Shown in pieces: positions 61,813 through 64,000 of a stretch of DNA of 64,000 nt (its first letter is position 1; each line of letters begins with the position of its first letter). The DNA lies in NCBI GenBank assembly GCA_046497275.1, contig JAWOFX010000078.1:3024-67023 (forward strand), given 5' to 3'. The notes beneath the pieces were generated by a model. The model was given only the letters and a program-made list of their open reading frames with translations. It was not told where the DNA came from and searched no databases. Made by a program: the position numbers and the translations under genes. Origin of the DNA: Promethearchaeia archaeon. GTDB taxonomy: Archaea; Asgardarchaeota; Lokiarchaeia; Sigyniarchaeales; SOKP01.

Positions 61813-62274
61813 ATGGCGAGAAATAGGCTATTAAATGAGATGTTAAATTTAGATAAAAGTAAAGCGATGAAATTCATCATTTATGGGTTGATTGTAGCGG
61901 TCATTTTCGGAACAATTATGATGATAAGTAGATCTATAGATTATAATGCTAGTTCATGGTATAATTTAGTAAATGAGCAAAATTTACAGAACTATAACGC
62001 AGGAGTATATGGTTATACAGAATATCTTAAAAGATCAGAGAAAATACAATTAATATACCGTTGGATGGACTTTCAAGATGTTATTTTTATCAATATAGCT
62101 AGATTAGGTGTCAATATTTCTCTTATATTTATAGCGGTTGGATTTCTTAGTTTAGGAGTTAACCCTGGATTAGATGAAAACACAAGAAAAATATGCATAA
62201 TATTGGGCGGTATAATACTAATTGTCCTAATGTTGACAACATTTTTTACCAATATCTCAATAACTGTTTCCTAA
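61813..62274 (+). CDS. Three-TM membrane protein, directly abutting the previous gene
   Basis: Hydrophobic segments; ATG follows the upstream stop. Confidence 0.55.
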   Translation: MARNRLLNEMLNLDKSKAMKFIIYGLIVAVIFGTIMMISRSIDYNASSWYNLVNEQNLQNYNAGVYGYTEYLKRSEKIQLIYRWMDFQDVIFINIARLGVNISLIFIAVGFLSLGVNPGLDENTRKICIILGGIILIVLMLTTFFTNISITVS

Positions 62275-62385
62275 TCTATTAATTTTAAAATTTTTTTTTA
62301 TATTTTTAAAAAATTAGATTAATTTAGATATAACAATTTTAAGTAAGTTTTGACTTTTTAAGATATTGGGATTTGATAAAATAAG

Positions 62386-62985
62386 TTAATTTTTTGAAAG
62401 TAATTCTTGAATTTTCTCAGTTATTAAATCATAATTATTAATAGATTTTAAATTATTTACTAAAATCCTTTCAATAATATCAGTTTCCTTATAATATTGA
62501 TATTTAAGCTCCAATTCAGGATTTTGTTCTTTAATTTCTATTAATGCTCCTTTCAGAAAAGTCTTAATAAATTTTTCCGAAGTCTCTTGAATTTGTAATT
62601 CTTCGGGATGTAAAAATTTAATTTCTAACTTATTCATATCTATTAAATTCAAAATAGCAATCAATTGTTCTTCGTCATTTCTTCGGCGGAAAACTTTTCT
62701 CTTGATTTTAGTACCCTTCATTTTTTCTTGAGGAACATCTTCTGAAAAGTAATTTTTCGTGGAAGTCTCAGTTTCTGGGTTTGAAGTTTCTGTTAAAATT
62801 TCATCTGCACTCTGAAAGGATTTATCTGATATAATCGAATTAAGATAATTTAATAATTCTCTCATCTCTTCAATTTCATCCTCTAATTCTTCAAGTTGGT
62901 CTTTTTTCCTATAATAGAGATCTCGAACTGTAGAGAGAATTTTTGCCAATTTTTCCATTTCCCTATTTTTTTCTTTGGGTAGCAT
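62386..62985 (-). CDS. Coiled-coil hypothetical protein
   Basis: KKDQLEELEDEIEEMRELLNYLN. Confidence 0.5.
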   Translation of the reverse strand: MLPKEKNREMEKLAKILSTVRDLYYRKKDQLEELEDEIEEMRELLNYLNSIISDKSFQSADEILTETSNPETETSTKNYFSEDVPQEKMKGTKIKRKVFRRRNDEEQLIAILNLIDMNKLEIKFLHPEELQIQETSEKFIKTFLKGALIEIKEQNPELELKYQYYKETDIIERILVNNLKSINNYDLITEKIQELLSKN

Positions 62986-63086
62986 TATCTTTGTATATCT
63001 TTTAATTCAAATTAAAATTTATTTACTTAAAAAAATACACTTATTACCAAATAAGTAATTTATCAATATTAACGTGCGATGATTCT

Positions 63087-63956
63087 ATGAAAAACCATAC
63101 AATGATTATAACTCCGAAGCCCGAAGATCCCGAGGTTCAACTCTTAACCCTTGAATTAGAGGAAAGAGGATATAATGTAGATCATTTTATACCAGAAAAA
63201 ATAAGAGCAAATATTTTTAATTTTCATGAGCGATTTTCCGATCTAAATCCAAGAGGTGCATTAGTGAGAGGTTTTGGGGCTGCATCTACTCAAAGGATCT
63301 TTTTTCGCCTGGATTTACTTAGTGCAATGGAAGAATTAGGGATTAGATTGATTAATTCACGTCAATCATTAGAAATTGCCAGCGATAAATTTCTCTCATC
63401 CATATTCTTAAAAAATAATGGTATTAAAACGCCAGAGACAATCATATGCGAGGATCCACAAGATGCATTAAAAGGTTTTGAAGAACTTGGAGGTGATGTT
63501 ATACTCAAACCTTTATATGGATCAAAAGGGATTGGGATCACACGATTAAATGATAAAGCATTTGCCGAAAACGTTATTTATGCTTTGGGAGAACTTAATG
63601 AAGTTTTTTATCTTCAAAAATTTGTTCATCATAACAATAGAGACATCCGCGTGCTTGTATTAGGTGATATAGCAGTAGCCGGAATGTATCGAGTAAGCGA
63701 TAATTGGAAAACTAATATATATGCGGGAGCTAAAATGAAACCAATAGAATTAACAGAAGAACTGAAAGATCTTTCAATCAGAGCTGCCAAAGCCGTAAAA
63801 ACAGAAATTGCAGGAGTAGATATAATTGAAAGTGAAAATGGATATCAAGTGCTTGAAGTCAATTCAATCCCTGGATTTACTGCCCTTCAAAAAGTCACAG
63901 ATATAAATTTAACCGAAAAAATAATTGATTACTTCTTAGAAAATATCTCAAAATAA
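63087..63956 (+). CDS. RimK-family ATP-grasp alpha-L-glutamate ligase
   Basis: RGFGAASTQRI...NSRQSLEIASDKFLSSIFLKNNGIKTPETI...VILKPLYGSKGIGI...VLEVNSIPGF. Confidence 0.9.
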   Translation: MKNHTMIITPKPEDPEVQLLTLELEERGYNVDHFIPEKIRANIFNFHERFSDLNPRGALVRGFGAASTQRIFFRLDLLSAMEELGIRLINSRQSLEIASDKFLSSIFLKNNGIKTPETIICEDPQDALKGFEELGGDVILKPLYGSKGIGITRLNDKAFAENVIYALGELNEVFYLQKFVHHNNRDIRVLVLGDIAVAGMYRVSDNWKTNIYAGAKMKPIELTEELKDLSIRAAKAVKTEIAGVDIIESENGYQVLEVNSIPGFTALQKVTDINLTEKIIDYFLENISK

Positions 63957-64000
63957 ATATAATCAGTTAAAAATGTTTTAAAAAAGGAATAAAAAAAATT

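Overview
AT-rich, gene-dense archaeal window that looks like an Asgard (Lokiarchaeia-type) genome. The main evidence is an actin of the lokiactin type (41067-42206), an intact and a truncated small GTPase, an archaeal SMC/kleisin/kite operon, an archaemetzincin and a TrmB-type regulator. I found no tRNA, rRNA, CRISPR array or intact mobile element. Four loci stand out. (1) 48110-51982: an arsenical/organometal-type cluster in which two divergently placed ArsR genes with CVC metal-binding motifs flank arsC, a CxC thioredoxin-like protein, an HgcB-like ferredoxin ending in CCC, and a fusion of an N-terminal SAM methyltransferase to an HgcA-like corrinoid/membrane protein carrying NVWCAARGN. (2) 52988-58933: a probable four-gene SMC operon starting with a degenerate (pseudo-)AAA+ protein, followed by an SMC with unusual head motifs, a kleisin-like protein and a ScpB/MAGE-like kite protein. 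(3) 10668-10960: an intergenic region with two tandem, similar, potentially structured elements, possibly an undescribed ncRNA family, beside degraded ORF remnants. (4) 41067-43699: an actin operon with a 66-aa protein and a TrmB-like regulator fused to a possible roadblock/longin-like N-terminus. Other notable points are katG plus DUF454 beside a truncated small-GTPase gene, a metallo-beta-lactamase-fold paralog pair in which one copy has lost its metal motif, a gingipain-like secreted protein, an orphan AbiEi-like protein, and small ORFs absent from the supplied ORF track. All assignments come from reading motifs by eye; no searches were run.
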